NCBI GenBank assembly: GCA_040954595.2
Contig: CM082576.2
Coordinates: 1-64,000 of the forward strand
Origin: Balanoglossus misakiensis
Lineage: Eukaryota > Animalia > Hemichordata
DNA length: 64,000 nt
Direction of reading: 5' to 3'
The position numbers and the translations under genes are program-made. The notes under the pieces were generated by a model. It did no database searches. It was not told the DNA's origin and worked only from the letters and a program-made list of their open reading frames with translations. Shown one piece after another: positions 12,101 to 27,100 of the stretch (positions within the stretch are counted from its first letter, which is position 1; every line of letters begins with the position of its first letter).

Positions 12101-15100
12101 TCTGGGCCAAGTTGCCGAAGACTTCCTGTGAATCCGGGCCAAGTTGCGGCGACTTCCGGTCGTAACGGCGCGGTGTATCTGGGCCAAGTTGCCGGCGACT
12201 TCCGGTGGTAACGGCGCGGTGAATCTGGGCCAAGTTGCCGGCGATTTCCTGTGGTAACGGCGCGGTGAATCTGGGCTAAGTTGATGGCGACTTCCTGTGA
12301 ATCCGGGCCAAGTTGCCGGCGACTTCCGGTGGTAACGGCGCGGTGATTCTGGGCCAAGTTTCCGGCGACTTCCGGTGGTAACGGCGCGGTGAATCTGGGC
12401 CAAGTAGCCGGCGACTTCCGGTCATAACGGCGCAAGAATCTGGGCCAAGTTGCCGGAGACTTCCTGTGAATCCGGGCCAAGTTGCGGCGACTTCCGGTCG
12501 TAACGGCGCGGTAAATCTGGGCCAAGTTGCCGGCGACTTCCGGTGGTAACGGCGCGGTGAATCTGGGCCAAGTTGCCGGCGATTTCCTGTGGTAACGGCG
12601 CGGTGAATCTGGGCTAAGTTGATGGCGACTTCCTGTGAATCCGGGCCAAGTTGCCGGCGACTTCCGATGGTAACGGCGAGGTGAAACTGGGCCAAGTTGC
12701 CGGCGACTTCCTGTCGTAATGGCGCAGTGAATCTGGGCAAAGTTGCCGGCGACTTCCTGTCGTAACGGCGCGGTGAATCCGGGCCAAGTTGCCGGCGACT
12801 TCCGGTGGTAACGGCGTGGTGATTCTGGGCCAAGTTGCCGGTGACTTCCGGTGGTAACGGCGTGGTGAATCTGGGCCAAGTTGCCGGCGACTTCCTGTGA
12901 ATCCGGGCCAAGTTGCGGCGACTTCCGGTCGTAACGGCGCGGTGAATCTGGGCCAAGTTGCCGGTGACTTCCGGTGGTAACGGCGTGGTGAATCTGGGCC
13001 AAGTTGCCGGCGACTTCCGGTCGTAACGGCGCAAGAATCTGGGCCAAGTTGCCGGAGACTTCCTGTGAATCCGGGCCAAGTTGCGGCGACTTCCGGTCGT
13101 AACGGCGCGGTGAATCTGGGCCAAGTTGCCGGTGACTTCCGGTGGTAACGGCGTGGTGAATCTGGGCCAAGTTGCCGGCGACTTCCGGTCGTAACGGCGC
13201 AAGAATCTGGGCCAAGTTGCGGGAGACTTCCTGTGAATCCGGGCCAAGTTGCGGCGACTTCCGGTCGTACGGCGCGGTGAATCTGGGCCAAGTTGCCGGT
13301 GACTTCCGGTGGTAACGGCGTGGTGAATCTGGGCCAAGTTGCCGGCGACTATCGGTGATAACGACGCGGTGAATCTGGGCCAAGTTGCCGGCGACTTCCT
13401 GTCGTAACGGCGCGGTGAATCTGGGCCAAGTTGCCGGCGATATCCTGTGGTAACGGCGCGGTGAATCTGGGCTAAGTTGATGGCGACTTCCTGTGAATCC
13501 GGGCCAAGTTGCCGGCGACTTCCGGTGGTAACGGCGAGGTGAAACTGGGCCAAGTTGCCGGCGACTTCCTGTCGAAATGGCGCAGTGAATCTGGGCAAAG
13601 TTGCCGGCGACTTCCTGTCGTAACGGCGCGGTGAATCTGGGCCAAGTTGCCGGCGACTTCCGGTGGTAACGGCGCGGTGAATCTGGGCCAAGTTGATGGC
13701 GACTTCCTGTGAATCCGGGCCAAGTTGCCGGCAACTTCCTGTGGTAGCGGCGCGGTGAATCTGGGCCAAGTTTCCGGCGACTTCCGGTGGTAACGGCGTG
13801 GTGATTCTGGGCCAAGTTGCCGGCGACTTCCGGTCGTAACGGCGCGGTGAATCTGGGCCAAGTTGCCGGCGACTTCCGGTCGTAACGGCGCAAGAATCTG
13901 GGCCAAGTTGCCGGAGACTTCCTGTGAATCCGGGCCAAGTTGGGGCGACTTCCGGTCGTAACGGCGCGGTGAATCTGGGCCAAGTTGCCGGCGACTTCCG
14001 GTGGTAACGGCGCTGTGAATCTGGGCCAAGTTGCCGGCGACTTCCGGTGGTAACGGCGCGGTGAATCTCGGCCAAGTTGCCGGCGATTTCCTCTGGTAAC
14101 AGCGCGGTGAATCTGGGCTAAGTTGATGGCGACTTCCTTTGAATCCGGGCCAAGTTGCCAGCGACTTCCGTTGGTAACGGCGCGGTGAATCTGGGCCAAG
14201 TTGCCGGCGATTTCCTGTGGTAACGGCGTGGTGAATCTGGGCTAAGTTGATGGCGACTTCCTGTGAATCCGGGCCAAGTTGCCGGCGACTTCCGGTGGTA
14301 ACGGCGAGGTGATTCTGGGCCAAGTTGCCGGCGACTTCCGGTGGTAACGGCGCGGTGAATCTGGGCCAAGTTGCCGGCGACTTCCGGTCGTAACGGCACA
14401 AGAATCTGGGCCAAGTTGCCGGAGACTTCCTGTGAATCCGGGCCAAGTTGCGGTGACTTCCGGTCGTAACGGCGCGGTGAATCTGGGCCAAGTTGCCGGT
14501 GACTTCCGGTGGTAACGGCTTGGTGAATCAGGGCCAAGTTGCCGGCGACTACCGGTGATAACGGCGCTGTGAATCTGGGCCAAGTTGCCGGCGACTTCCT
14601 GTCGTAACGGCGCGGTGAATCTGGGCCAAGTTGCCGGCGATTTCCTGTGGTAACGGCGCGGTTAATCTGGGCTAAGTTGATGGCGACTTCCTGTGAATCC
14701 GGGCCAAGTTGCGGCGACTTCCGGTCGTAACGGCGCGGTGAATCCGGGCCAAGTTGCCGGCGACTTCCGGTCGTAACGGCGCGGTGAATCCGGGCCAAGT
14801 TGCCGGCGACTTCCGGTCGTAACGGCGCGGTGAATCTGGGACAAGTTGCCGGCAACTTCCTGTGGTAGCGGCTCGGTGAATCTGGGCCAAGTTGCCGGCG
14901 ACTTCCGGTGGTAACGGCGTGGTGATTCTGGGCCAAGTTGCCGGCGACTTTCGGTGGTAACGGCGTGGTGATTTTGGGCCAAGTTGCCGGCGACTTTCGG
15001 TGGTAACGGCGTGGTGATTCTGGGCCAAGTTGCCGGCGACTTCCGGTGGTAACGGCGCGGTGAATCTGGGCCAAGTTGCCGGCGATTTCCTGTGGTAACG

Positions 15101-18100
15101 GCGCGGTGAATCTGGGCTAAGTTGATGGCGACTTCCTGTGAATCCAGGCCAAGTTGCCAGCGACTTCCGGTGGTAACGGCGAGGTGAAACTGGGCCAAGT
15201 TGCCGGCGACTTCCTGTCGTAATGGCGCAGTGAATCTGGGCAAAGTTGCCGGCGACTTCCTGTCGTAACGGCGCGGTGAATCCGGGCCAAGTTGCCGGCG
15301 ACTTCCGGTGGTAACGGCGCGGTGATTCTGGGCCAAGTTGCCGGTGACTTCCGGTGGTAACGGCGCGGTGAATCTGGGCCAAGTTGCCGGCGACTTCCGG
15401 TCGTAACGGCGCAAGAATCTGGGCCAAGTTGCCGGAGACTTCCTGTGAATCCGGGCCAAGTTGCGGCGACTTCCGGTCGTAACGGCGCGGTGAATCTGGG
15501 CCAAGTTGATGGCGACTTCCTGTGAATCCGGGCCAAGTTGCGGCGACTTCCGGTCGTAACGGCGCGGTGAATCCGGGCCAAGTTGCCGGCGACTTCCGGT
15601 CGTAACGGTGCGGTGAATCTGGGCCAAGTTGATGGCGACTTCCTGTGAATCCGGGCCAAGTTGCGGCGACTTCCGGTCGTAACGGCGCGGTGAATCCGGG
15701 CCAAGTTGCCGGCGACTTCCGGTGGTAACGGCGCGGTGAATCTGGGCCAAGTTGCCGGCGATTTCCTGTGGTAACGGCGCGGTGAATCTGGGCTAAGTTG
15801 ATGGCGACTTCCTGTGAATCCGGGCCAAGTTGCCGGCGACTTCTGGTGGTAACGGCGAGGTGAAACTGGGCCAAGTTGCCGGCGACTTCCTGTCGTAATG
15901 GCGCAGTGAATCTGGGCAAAGTTGCCGGCGACTTCCGTTGGTAACGGCGCGGTGAATCTGGGCCAAGTTGCCGGCGATTTCCTGTGGTAACGGCGCAGTG
16001 AATCTGGGCAAAGTTGCCGGCGACTTCCTGTCGTAACGGCGCGGTGAATCCGGGCCAAGTTGCCGGCGACTTCCGGTGGTAACGGCGCGGTGATTCTGGG
16101 CCAAGTTGCCGGTGACTTCCGGTGGTAACGGCGCGGTGAATCTGGGCCAAGTTGCCGGTGACTTCCGGTCGTAACGGCGCAAGAATCTGGGCCAAGTTGC
16201 CGGCGATTTCCTGTGGTAACGGCGCGGTGAATCTGGGCTAAGTTGATGGCGACTTCCTGTGAATCCGGGCCAAGTTGCGGCGACTTCCGGTCGTAACGGC
16301 ACGGTGAATCTGGGCCAGGTTGCCGGCGACTTCCGGTGGTAACGGCACGGTGAATCTGGGCCAAGTTGCCGGCGACTTCTGGTGGAAACGGCGCGGTGAA
16401 TCTGGGCCAAGTTGCCGGCGATTTCCTGTGGTAACGGCGCGGTGAATCTGGGGTAAGTTGATGGCGACTTCCTGTGAATCCGGGCCAAGTTGCCGGCGAC
16501 TTCCGGTGGTAACGGCGAGGTGAAACTGGGCCAAGTTACCGGCGACTTCCTGTCGTAATGGCGCAGTGAATCTGGGCCAAGTTGCCGGCGACTTCCTGTC
16601 GTAACGGCGCGGTGAATCCGGGCCAAGTTGCCGGCGACTTCCGGTGGTAACGGCACGGTGAATCTGGGCCAAGTTGCCGGCGACTTCTGGTGGAAACGGC
16701 GCGGTGAATCTGGGCCAAGTTGCCGGCGATTTCCTGTGGTAACGGCGCGGTGAATCTGGGGTAAGTTGATGGCGACTTCCTGTGAATCCGGGCCAAGTTG
16801 CGGCGACTTCCGGTCGTAACGGCGCGGTGATTCCGGGCCAAGTTGCCGGCGGCTTCAGGTCGTAACGGCGCGGTGAATCTGGGCCAAGTTGATGGCGACT
16901 TCCTGTGAATCCGGGCCAAGTTGCGGCGACTTCCGGTCGTAACGGCGCGGTGAATCCGGGCCAAGTTGCCGGCGACTTCCGGTGGTAACGGCGCGGTGAT
17001 TCTGGGCCAAGTTGCCAGCGACTTCCGGTGGTAACGGCGCGGTGAATCTGGGCCAAGTTGCCGGCGATTTCCTGTGGTAACGGCGCGGTGAATCTGGGCT
17101 AAGTTGATGGCGACTTCCTGTGAATCCGGGCCAAGTTGCCGGCGACTTCCGGTGGTAACGGCGAGGTGAAACTGGGCCAAGTTGCCGGCGACTTCCTGTC
17201 GTAATGGCGCAGTGAATCTGGGCCAAGTTGCCGGCGACTTCCTGTCGTAACGGCGCGGTGAATCCGGGCCAAGTTGCCGGCGACTTCCGGTGGTAACGGC
17301 GCGGTGAATCTGGGCCAAGTTGATGGCGACTTCCTGTGAATCCGGGCCAAGTTGCGGCGACTTCCGGTCGTAACGGCGCGGTGAATCCGGTCCAAGTTGC
17401 CGGCGACTTCAGGTCGTAACGGCGCGGTGAATCTGGGCCAAGTTGCCGGCGACTTCCGGTGGTAACGGCGCGGTGAATCTGGGCCAAGTTGCCGGCGACT
17501 TCCGGTGGTAACGGCGCGGTGAATCTGGGCCAAGTTGCCGGCGACTTCCTGTCGTAACGGCGCGGTGAATCTGGGCCAAGTTGCCAGCGACTTCCTGTCG
17601 TAACGGCGCAAGAATCTGGGCCAAGTTGCCGGAGACTTCCTGTGAATCCGGGCCAAGTTGCGGCGACTTCCGGTCGTAACGGCGCGGTGAATCTGGGCCA
17701 AGTTGCCGGCGACTTCTTGTCGTAACGGCGCGGTGAATCTGGGCCAAGTTGCCGGCGATTTCCTGTGGTAACGGCGCGGTGAATCTGGGCTAAGTTGATG
17801 GCGACTTCCTGTGAATCCTGGCCGAGTTGCCGGCGACTTCCGGTGGTAACGGCGAGGTGAAACTGGGCCAAGTTGCCGGCGACTTCCTGTCGTAACGGCG
17901 CAGTGAATCTGGGCAAAGTTGCCGGCGACTTCCTGTCGTAACGGCGCGGTGAATCCGGGCCAAGTTGCTGGCGACTTCCGGTGGTAACGGCGCGGTGAAT
18001 CTGGGCCAAGTTGCCGGCGATTTCCTGTGGTAACGGCGCGGTGAATCTGGGCCAAGTTGATGGCGACTTCCTGTGAATCCGGGCCAAGTTGCGGCGACTT

Positions 18101-21100
18101 CCGGTCGTAACGGCGCGGTGAATCCGGGCCAAGTTGCCGGCGACTTCAGGTCGTAACGGCGCGGTGAATCTGGGCCAAGTTGATGGCGACTTCCTGTGAA
18201 TCCGGGCCAAGTTGCGGCGACTTCCGTTCGTAACGGCGCGGTGAATCCGGGCCAAGTTGCCGGCGACTTCCGGTGGTAACGGCGCGGTGAATCTGGGCCA
18301 AGTTGCCGGCGACTTCCTGTCGTAACGGCGCGGTGAATCTGGGCCAAGTTGCCAGCGACTTCCTGTCGTAACGGCGCAAGAATCTGGGCCAAGTTGCCGG
18401 AGACTTCCTGTGAATCCGGGCCAAGTTGCGGCGACTTCCGGTCGTAACGGCGCGGTGAATCTGGGCCAAGTTGCCGGCGACTTCTTGTCGTAACGGCGCG
18501 GTGAATCTGGGCCAAGTTGCCGGCGATTTCCTGTGGTAACGGCGCGGTGAATCTGGGCTAAGTTGATGGCGACTTCCTGTGAATCCTGGCCGAGTTGCCG
18601 GCGACTTCCGGTGGTAACGGCGAGGTGAAACTGGGCCAAGTTGCCGGCGACTTCCTGTCGTAACGGCGCAGTGAATCTGGGCAAAGTTGCCGGCGACTTC
18701 CTGTCGTAACGGCGCGGTGAATCCGGGCCAAGTTGCTGGCGACTTCCGGTGGTAACGGCGCGGTGAATCTGGGCCAAGTTGCCGGCGATTTCCTGTGGTA
18801 ACGGCGCGGTGAATCTGGGCCAAGTTGATGGCGACTTCCTGTGAATCCGGGCCAAGTTGCGGCGACTTCCGGTCGTAGCGGCGCGGTGAATCCGGGCCAA
18901 GTTGCCGGCGACTTCAGGTCGTAACGGCGCGGTGAATCTGGGCCAAGTTGATGGCGACTTCCTGTGAATCCGGGCCAAGTTGCGGCGACTTCCGGTCGTA
19001 ACGGCGCGGTGAATCCGGGCCAAGTTGCCGGCGACTTCCCGTGGTAACGGCGCGGTGATTCTGGGCCAAGTTGCCAGCGACTTCCGGTGGTAACGGCGCG
19101 GTGAATCTGGGCCAAGTTGCCGGCGATTTCCTGTGGTAACGGCGCGGTGAATCTGGGCTAAGTTGATGGCGACTTCCTGTGAATCCGGGCCAAGTTGCCG
19201 GCGACTTCCGGTCGTAACGGCGAGGTGAAACTGGGCCAAGTTGCCGGCGACTTCCTGTCGTAATGGCGCAGTGAATCTGGGCCAAGTTGCCGGCGACTTC
19301 CTGTCGTAACGGCGCGGTGAATCCGGGCCAAGTTGCCGGCGACTTCCGGTGGTAACGGCGCGGTGAATCTGGGCCAAGTTAATGGCGACTTCCTGTGAAT
19401 CCGGGCCAAGTTGCGGCGACTTCCGGTCGTAATGGCGCGGTGAATCCGGGCCAAGTTGCCGGCGACTTCAGGTCGTAACGGCGCGGTGAATCTGGGCCAA
19501 GTTGCCGGCGACTTCCGGTGGTAACGGCGCGGTGAATCTGGGCCAAGTTGCCGGCGACTTCCGGTGGTAACGGCGCGGTGAATCTGGGCCAAGTTGCCGG
19601 CGACTTCCTTTCGTAACGGCGCAAGAATCTGGGCCAAGTTGCCGGAGACTTCCTGTGAATCCGGGCCAAGTTGCGGCGACTTCCGGTCGTAACGGCGCGG
19701 TGAATCTGGGCCAAGTTGCCGGCGACTTCTTGTCGTAACGGCGCGGTGAATCTGGGCCAAGTTGCCGGCGATTTCCTGTGGTAACGGCGCGGTGAATCTG
19801 GGCTAAGTTGATGGCGACTTCCTGTGAATCCTGGCCGAGTTGCCGGCGACTTCCGGTGGTAACGGCGAGGTGAAACTGGGCCAAGTTGCCGGCGACTTCC
19901 TGTCGTAACGGCGCAGTGAATCTGGGCAAAGTTGCCGGCGACTTCCTGTCGTAACGGCGCGGTGAATCCGGGCCAAGTTGCTGGCGACTTCCGGTGGTAA
20001 CGGCGCGGTGAATCTGGGCCAAGTTGCCGGCGATTTCCTGTGGTAACGGCGCGGTGAATCTGGGCTAAGTTGATGGCGACTTCCTGTGAATCCGGGCCAA
20101 GTTGCCAGCGACTTCCGGTGGTAACGGCGAGGTGAAACTGGGCCAAGTTGCCGGCGACTTCCTGTCGTAATGGCGCAGTGAATCTGGGCAAAGTTGCCGG
20201 CGACTTCCTGTCGTAACGGCGCGGTGAATCCGGGCCAAGTTGCCGGCGACTTCCGGTGGTAACGGCGCGGTGATTCTGGGCCAAGTTGCCGGTGACTTCC
20301 GGTGGTAACGGCGCGGTGAATCTGGGCCAAGTTGCCGGCGACTTCCGGTCGTAACGGCGCAAGAATCTGGGCCAAGTTGCCGGAGACTTCCTGTGAATCC
20401 GGGCCAAGTTGCGGCGACTTCCGGTCGTAACGGCACGGTGAATCTGGGCCAAGTTGCCGGCGACTTCCGGTGGTAACGGCGCGGTGAATCTGGGCCAAGT
20501 TGCCGGCCACTTCCGGTGGTAACGGCGCGGTGAATCTGGGCCAAGTTGCCGGCGACTTCCGGTGGTAACTGCGCGGTGAATCTGGGCCAAGTTGCCGGCG
20601 ATTTCCTGTGGTAACAGCGCGGTGAATCTGGGCTAAGTTGATGGCGACTTCCTGTGAATCCGGGCCAAGTTGCCGGCGACTTCCGGTGGTAACGGCGAGG
20701 TGAAACTGGGCCAAGTTGCCGGCGACTTCCTGTCGTAATGGCGCAGTGAATCTGGGCAAAGTTGCGGGCGACTTCCTGTCGTAACGGCGCGGTGAATCCG
20801 GGCCAAGTTGCCGGCGACTTCCGGTGGTAACGGCGCGGTGAATCTGGGCCAAGTTGATGGCGACTTCCTGTGAATCCGGGCCAAGTTGCGGCGACTTCCG
20901 GTCGTAACGGCGCGGTGAATCCGGGCCAAGTTGCCGGCGACTTCCGGTCGTAACGGCGCGGTGAATCTGGGCCAAGTTGATGGCGACTTCCTGTGAATCC
21001 GGGCCAAGTTGCGGCGACTTCCGGTCGTAACGGCGCGGTGAATCCGGGCCAAGTTGCCGGCGACTTCCGGTCGTAACGGCGCGGTGAATCTGGGCCAAGT

Positions 21101-24100
21101 TGCCGGCGATTTCCTGTGGTAACGGCGCGGTGAATCTGGGCTAAGTTGATGGCGACTTCCTGTGAATCCGGGCCAAGTTGCCGGCAACTTCCCGTGGTAA
21201 CGGCGCGGTGAATCTGGGCCAAGTTGCCGGCGACTTCCTGTCGTAACGGCGCGGTGAATCTGGGCCAAGTTGCCAGCGACTTCCTGTCGTAACGGCGCAA
21301 GAATCTGGGCCAAGTTGCCGGAGACTTCCTGTGAATCCGGGCCAAGTTGCGGCGACTTCCGGTCGTAACGGCGCGGTGAATCTGGGCCAAGTTGCCGGCG
21401 ACTTCTTGTCGTAACGGCGCGGTGAATCTGGGCCAAGTTGCCGGCGATTTCCTGTGGTAACGGCGCGGTGAATCTGGGCTAAGTTGATGGCGACTTCCTG
21501 TGAATCCTGGCCGAGTTGCCGGCGACTTCCGGTGGTAACGGCGAGGTGAAACTGGGCCAAGTTGCCGGCGACTTCCTGTCGTAACGGCGCAGTGAATCTG
21601 GGCAAAGTTGCCGGCGACTTCCTGTCGTAACGGCGCGGTGAATCTGGGCCAAGTTGCCGGCGATTTCCTGTGGTAACGGCGCGGTGAATCTGGGCTAAGT
21701 TGATGGCGACTTCCTGTGAATCCTGGCCGAGTTGCCGGCGACTTCCGGTGGTAACGGCGAGGTGAAACTGGGCCAAGTTTCCGGCGACTTCCTGTCGTAA
21801 CGGCGCAGTGAATCTGGGCAAAGTTGCCGGCGACTTCCTGTCGTAACGGCGCGGTGAATCTGGGCCAAGTTGCCGGCGATTTCCTGTGGTAACGGCGCGG
21901 TGAATCTGGGCTAAGTTGATGGCGACTTCCTGTGAATCCGGGCCAAGTTACCAGCGACTTCCGGTGGTAACGGCGAGGTGGAACTGGGCCAAGTTGCCGG
22001 CGACTTCCTGTCGTAATGGCGCAGTGAATCTGGGCAAAGTTGCCGGCGACTTCCTGTCGTAACGGCGCGGTGAATCCGGGCCAAGTTGCCGGCGACTTCC
22101 GGTGGTAACGGCGCGGTGATTCTGGGCCAAGTTGCCGGTGACTTCCGGTGGTAACGGCGCGGTGAATCTGGGCCAAGTTGCCGGCGACTTCCGGTCGTAA
22201 CGGCGCAAGAATCTGGGCCAAGTTGCCGGAGACTTCCTGTCGTAACGGCGCGGTGAATCCGGGCCAAGTTGCCGGCGACTTCCGGTGGTAACGGCGCGGT
22301 GAATCTGGGCCAAGTTGATGGCGACTTCCTGTGAATCCGGGCCAAGTTGCGGCGACTTCCGGTCGTAACGGCGCGGTGAATCCGGTCCAAGTTGCCGGCG
22401 ACTTCAGGTCGTAACGGCGCGGTGAATCTGGGCCAAGTTGCCGGCGACTTCCGGTGGTAACGGCGCGGTGAATCTGGGCCAAGTTGCCGGCGACTTCCGG
22501 TGGTAACGGCGCGGTGAATCTGGGCCAAGTTGCCAGCGACTTCCTGTCGTAACGGCGCAAGAATCTGGGCCAAGTTGCCGGAGACTTCCTGTGAATCCGG
22601 GCCAAGTTGCGGCGACTTCCGGTCGTAACGGCGCGGTGAATCTGGGCCAAGTTGCCGGCGACTTCTTGTCGTAACGGCGCGGTGAATCTGGGCCAAGTTG
22701 CCGGCGATTTCCTGTGGTAACGGCGCGGTGAATCTGGGCTAAGTTGATGGCGACTTCCTGTGAATCCTGGCCGAGTTGCCGGCGACTTCCGGTGGTAACG
22801 GCGAGGTGAAACTGGGCCAAGTTGCCGGCGACTTCCTGTCGTAACGGCGCAGTGAATCTGGGCAAAGTTGCCGGCGACTTCCTGTCGTAACGGCGCGGTG
22901 AATCCGGGCCAAGTTGCTGGCGACTTCCGGTGGTAACGGCGCGGTGAATCTGGGCCAAGTTGCCGGCGATTTCCTGTGGTAACGGCGCGGTGAATCTGGG
23001 CCAAGTTGATGGCGACTTCCTGTGAATCCGGGCCAAGTTGCGGCGACTTCCGGTCGTAACGGCGCGGTGAATCCGGGCCAAGTTGCCGGCGACTTCAGGT
23101 CGTAACGGCGCGGTGAATCTGGGCCAAGTTGATGGCGACTTCCTGTGAATCCGGGCCAAGTTGCGGCGACTTCCGGTCGTAACGGCGCGGTGAATCCGGG
23201 CCAAGTTGCCGGCGACTTCCGGTGGTAACGGCGCGGTGAATCTGGGCCAAGTTGCCGGCGACTTCCTGTCGTAACGGCGCGGTGAATCTGGGCCAAGTTG
23301 CCAGCGACTTCCTGTCGTAACGGCGCAAGAATCTGGGCCAAGTTGCCGGAGACTTCCTGTGAATCCGGGCCAAGTTGCGGCGACTTCCGGTCGTAACGGC
23401 GCGGTGAATCTGGGCCAAGTTGCCGGCGACTTCTTGTCGTAACGGCGCGGTGAATCTGGGCCAAGTTGCCGGCGATTTCCTGTGGTAACGGCGCGGTGAA
23501 TCTGGGCTAAGTTGATGGCGACTTCCTGTGAATCCTGGCCGAGTTGCCGGCGACTTCCGGTGGTAACGGCGAGGTGAAACTGGGCCAAGTTGCCGGCGAC
23601 TTCCTGTCGTAACGGCGCAGTGAATCTGGGCAAAGTTGCCGGCGACTTCCTGTCGTAACGGCGCGGTGAATCCGGGCCAAGTTGCTGGCGACTTCCGGTG
23701 GTAACGGCGCGGTGAATCTGGGCCAAGTTGCCGGCGATTTCCTGTGGTAACGGCGCGGTGAATCTGGGCCAAGTTGATGGCGACTTCCTGTGAATCCGGG
23801 CCAAGTTGCGGCGACTTCCGGTCGTAACGGCGCGGTGAATCCGGTCCAAGTTGCCGGCGACTTCAGGTCGTAACGGCGCGGTGAATCTGGGCCAAGTTGC
23901 CGGCGACTTCCGGTGGTAACGGCGCGGTGAATCTGGGCCAAGTTGCCGGCGACTTCCGGTGGTAACGGCGCGGTGAATCTGGGCCAAGTTGCCAGCGACT
24001 TCCTGTCGTAACGGCGCAAGAATCTGGGCCAAGTTGCCGGAGACTTCCTGTGAATCCGGGCCAAGTTGCGGCGACTTCCGGTCGTAACGGCGCGGTGAAT

Positions 24101-27100
24101 CTGGGCCAAGTTGCCGGCGACTTCTTGTCGTAACGGCGCGGTGAATCTGGGCCAAGTTGCCGGCGATTTCCTGTGGTAACGGCGCGGTGAATCTGGGCTA
24201 AGTTGATGGCGACTTCCTGTGAATCCTGGCCGAGTTGCCGGCGACTTCCGGTGGTAACGGCGAGGTGAAACTGGGCCAAGTTGCCGGCGACTTCCTGTCG
24301 TAACGGCGCAGTGAATCTGGGCAAAGTTGCCGGCGACTTCCTGTCGTAACGGCGCGGTGAATCCGGGCCAAGTTGCTGGCGACTTCCGGTGGTAACGGCG
24401 CGGTGAATCTGGGCCAAGTTGCCGGCGATTTCCTGTGGTAACGGCGCGGTGAATCTGGGCCAAGTTGATGGCGACTTCCTGTGAATCCGGGCCAAGTTGC
24501 GGCGACTTCCGGTCGTAACGGCGCGGTGAATCCGGGCCAAGTTGCCGGCGACTTCAGGTCGTAACGGCGCGGTGAATCTGGGCCAAGTTGATGGCGACTT
24601 CCTGTGAATCCGGGCCAAGTTGCGGCGACTTCCGGTCGTAACGGCGCGGTGAATCCGGGCCAAGTTGCCGGCGACTTCCGGTGGTAACGGCGCGGTGAAT
24701 CTGGGCCAAGTTGCCGGCGACTTCCTGTCGTAACGGCGCGGTGAATCTGGGCCAAGTTGCCAGCGACTTCCTGTCGTAACGGCGCAAGAATCTGGGCCAA
24801 GTTGCCGGAGACTTCCTGTGAATCCGGGCCAAGTTGCGGCGACTTCCGGTCGTAACGGCGCGGTGAATCTGGGCCAAGTTGCCGGCGACTTCTTGTCGTA
24901 ACGGCGCGGTGAATCTGGGCCAAGTTGCCGGCGATTTCCTGTGGTAACGGCGCGGTGAATCTGGGCTAAGTTGATGGCGACTTCCTGTGAATCCTGGCCG
25001 AGTTGCCGGCGACTTCCGGTGGTAACGGCGAGGTGAAACTGGGCCAAGTTGCCGGCGACTTCTTGTCGTAACGGCGCGGTGAATCTGGGCCAAGTTGCCG
25101 GCGATTTCCTGTGGTAACGGCGCGGTGAATCTGGGCTAAGTTGATGGCGACTTCCTGTGAATCCTGGCCGAGTTGCCGGCGACTTCCGGTGGTAACGGCG
25201 AGGTGAAACTGGGCCAAGTTGCCGGCGACTTCCTGTCGTAACGGCGCAGTGAATCTGGGCAAAGTTGCCGGCGACTTCCTGTCGTAACGGCGCGGTGAAT
25301 CCGGGCCAAGTTGCTGGCGACTTCCGGTGGTAACGGCGCGGTGAATCTGGGCCAAGTTGCCGGCGATTTCCTGTGGTAACGGCGCGGTGAATCTGGGCTA
25401 AGTTGATGGCGACTTCCTGTGAATCCGGGCCAAGTTGCCAGCGACTTCCGGTGGTAACGGCGAGGTGAAACTGGGCCAAGTTGCCGGCGACTTCCTGTCG
25501 TAATGGCGCAGTGAATCTGGGCAAAGTTGCCGGCGACTTCCTGTCGTAACGGCGCGGTGAATCCGGGCCAAGTTGCCGGCGACTTCCGGTGGTAACGGCG
25601 CGGTGATTCTGGGCCAAGTTGCCGGTGACTTCCGGTGGTAACGGCGCGGTGAATCTGGGCCAAGTTGCCGGCGACTTCCGGTCGTAACGGCGCAAGAATC
25701 TGGGCCAAGTTGCCGGAGACTTCCTGTGAATCCGGGCCAAGTTGCGGCGACTTCCGGTCGTAACGGCACGGTGAATCTGGGCCAAGTTGCCGGCGACTTC
25801 CGGTGGTAACGGCGCGGTGAATCTGGGCCAAGTTGCCGGCGACTTCCGGTGGTAACGGCGCGGTGAATCTGGGCCAAGTTGCCGGCGACTTCCGGTGGTA
25901 ACTGCGCGGTGAATCTGGGCCAAGTTGCCGGCGATTTCCTGTGGTAACAGCGCGGTGAATCTGGGCTAAGTTGATGGCGACTTCCTGTGAATCCGGGCCA
26001 AGTTGCCGGCGACTTCCGGTGGTAACGGCGAGGTGAAACTGGGCCAAGTTGCCGGCGACTTCCTGTCGTAATGGCGCAGTGAATCTGGGCAAAGTTGCGG
26101 GCGACTTCCTGTCGTAACGGCGCGGTGAATCCGGGCCAAGTTGCCGGCGACTTCCGGTGGTAACGGCGCGGTGAATCTGGGCCAAGTTGATGGCGACTTC
26201 CTGTGAATCCGGGCCAAGTTGCGGCGACTTCCGGTCGTAACGGCGCGGTGAATCCGGGCCAAGTTGCCGGCGACTTCCGGTCGTAACGGCGCGGTGAATC
26301 TGGGCCAAGTTGATGGCGACTTCCTGTGAATCCGGGCCAAGTTGCGGCGACTTCCGGTCGTAACGGCGCGGTGAATCCGGGCCAAGTTGCCGGCGACTTC
26401 CGGTCGTAACGGCGCGGTGAATCTGGGCCAAGTTGCCGGCGATTTCCTGTGGTAACGGCGCGGTGAATCTGGGCTAAGTTGATGGCGACTTCCTGTGAAT
26501 CCGGGCCAAGTTGCCGGCAACTTCCCGTGGTAACGGCGCGGTGAATCTGGGCCAAGTTGCCGGCGACTTCCTGTCGTAACGGCGCGGTGAATCTGGGCCA
26601 AGTTGCCAGCGACTTCCTGTCGTAACGGCGCAAGAATCTGGGCCAAGTTGCCGGAGACTTCCTGTGAATCCGGGCCAAGTTGCGGCGACTTCCGGTCGTA
26701 ACGGCGCGGTGAATCTGGGCCAAGTTGCCGGCGACTTCTTGTCGTAACGGCGCGGTGAATCTGGGCCAAGTTGCCGGCGATTTCCTGTGGTAACGGCGCG
26801 GTGAATCTGGGCTAAGTTGATGGCGACTTCCTGTGAATCCTGGCCGAGTTGCCGGCGACTTCCGGTGGTAACGGCGAGGTGAAACTGGGCCAAGTTGCCG
26901 GCGACTTCCTGTCGTAACGGCGCAGTGAATCTGGGCAAAGTTGCCGGCGACTTCCTGTCGTAACGGCGCGGTGAATCTGGGCCAAGTTGCCGGCGATTTC
27001 CTGTGGTAACGGCGCGGTGAATCTGGGCTAAGTTGATGGCGACTTCCTGTGAATCCTGGCCGAGTTGCCGGCGACTTCCGGTGGTAACGGCGAGGTGAAA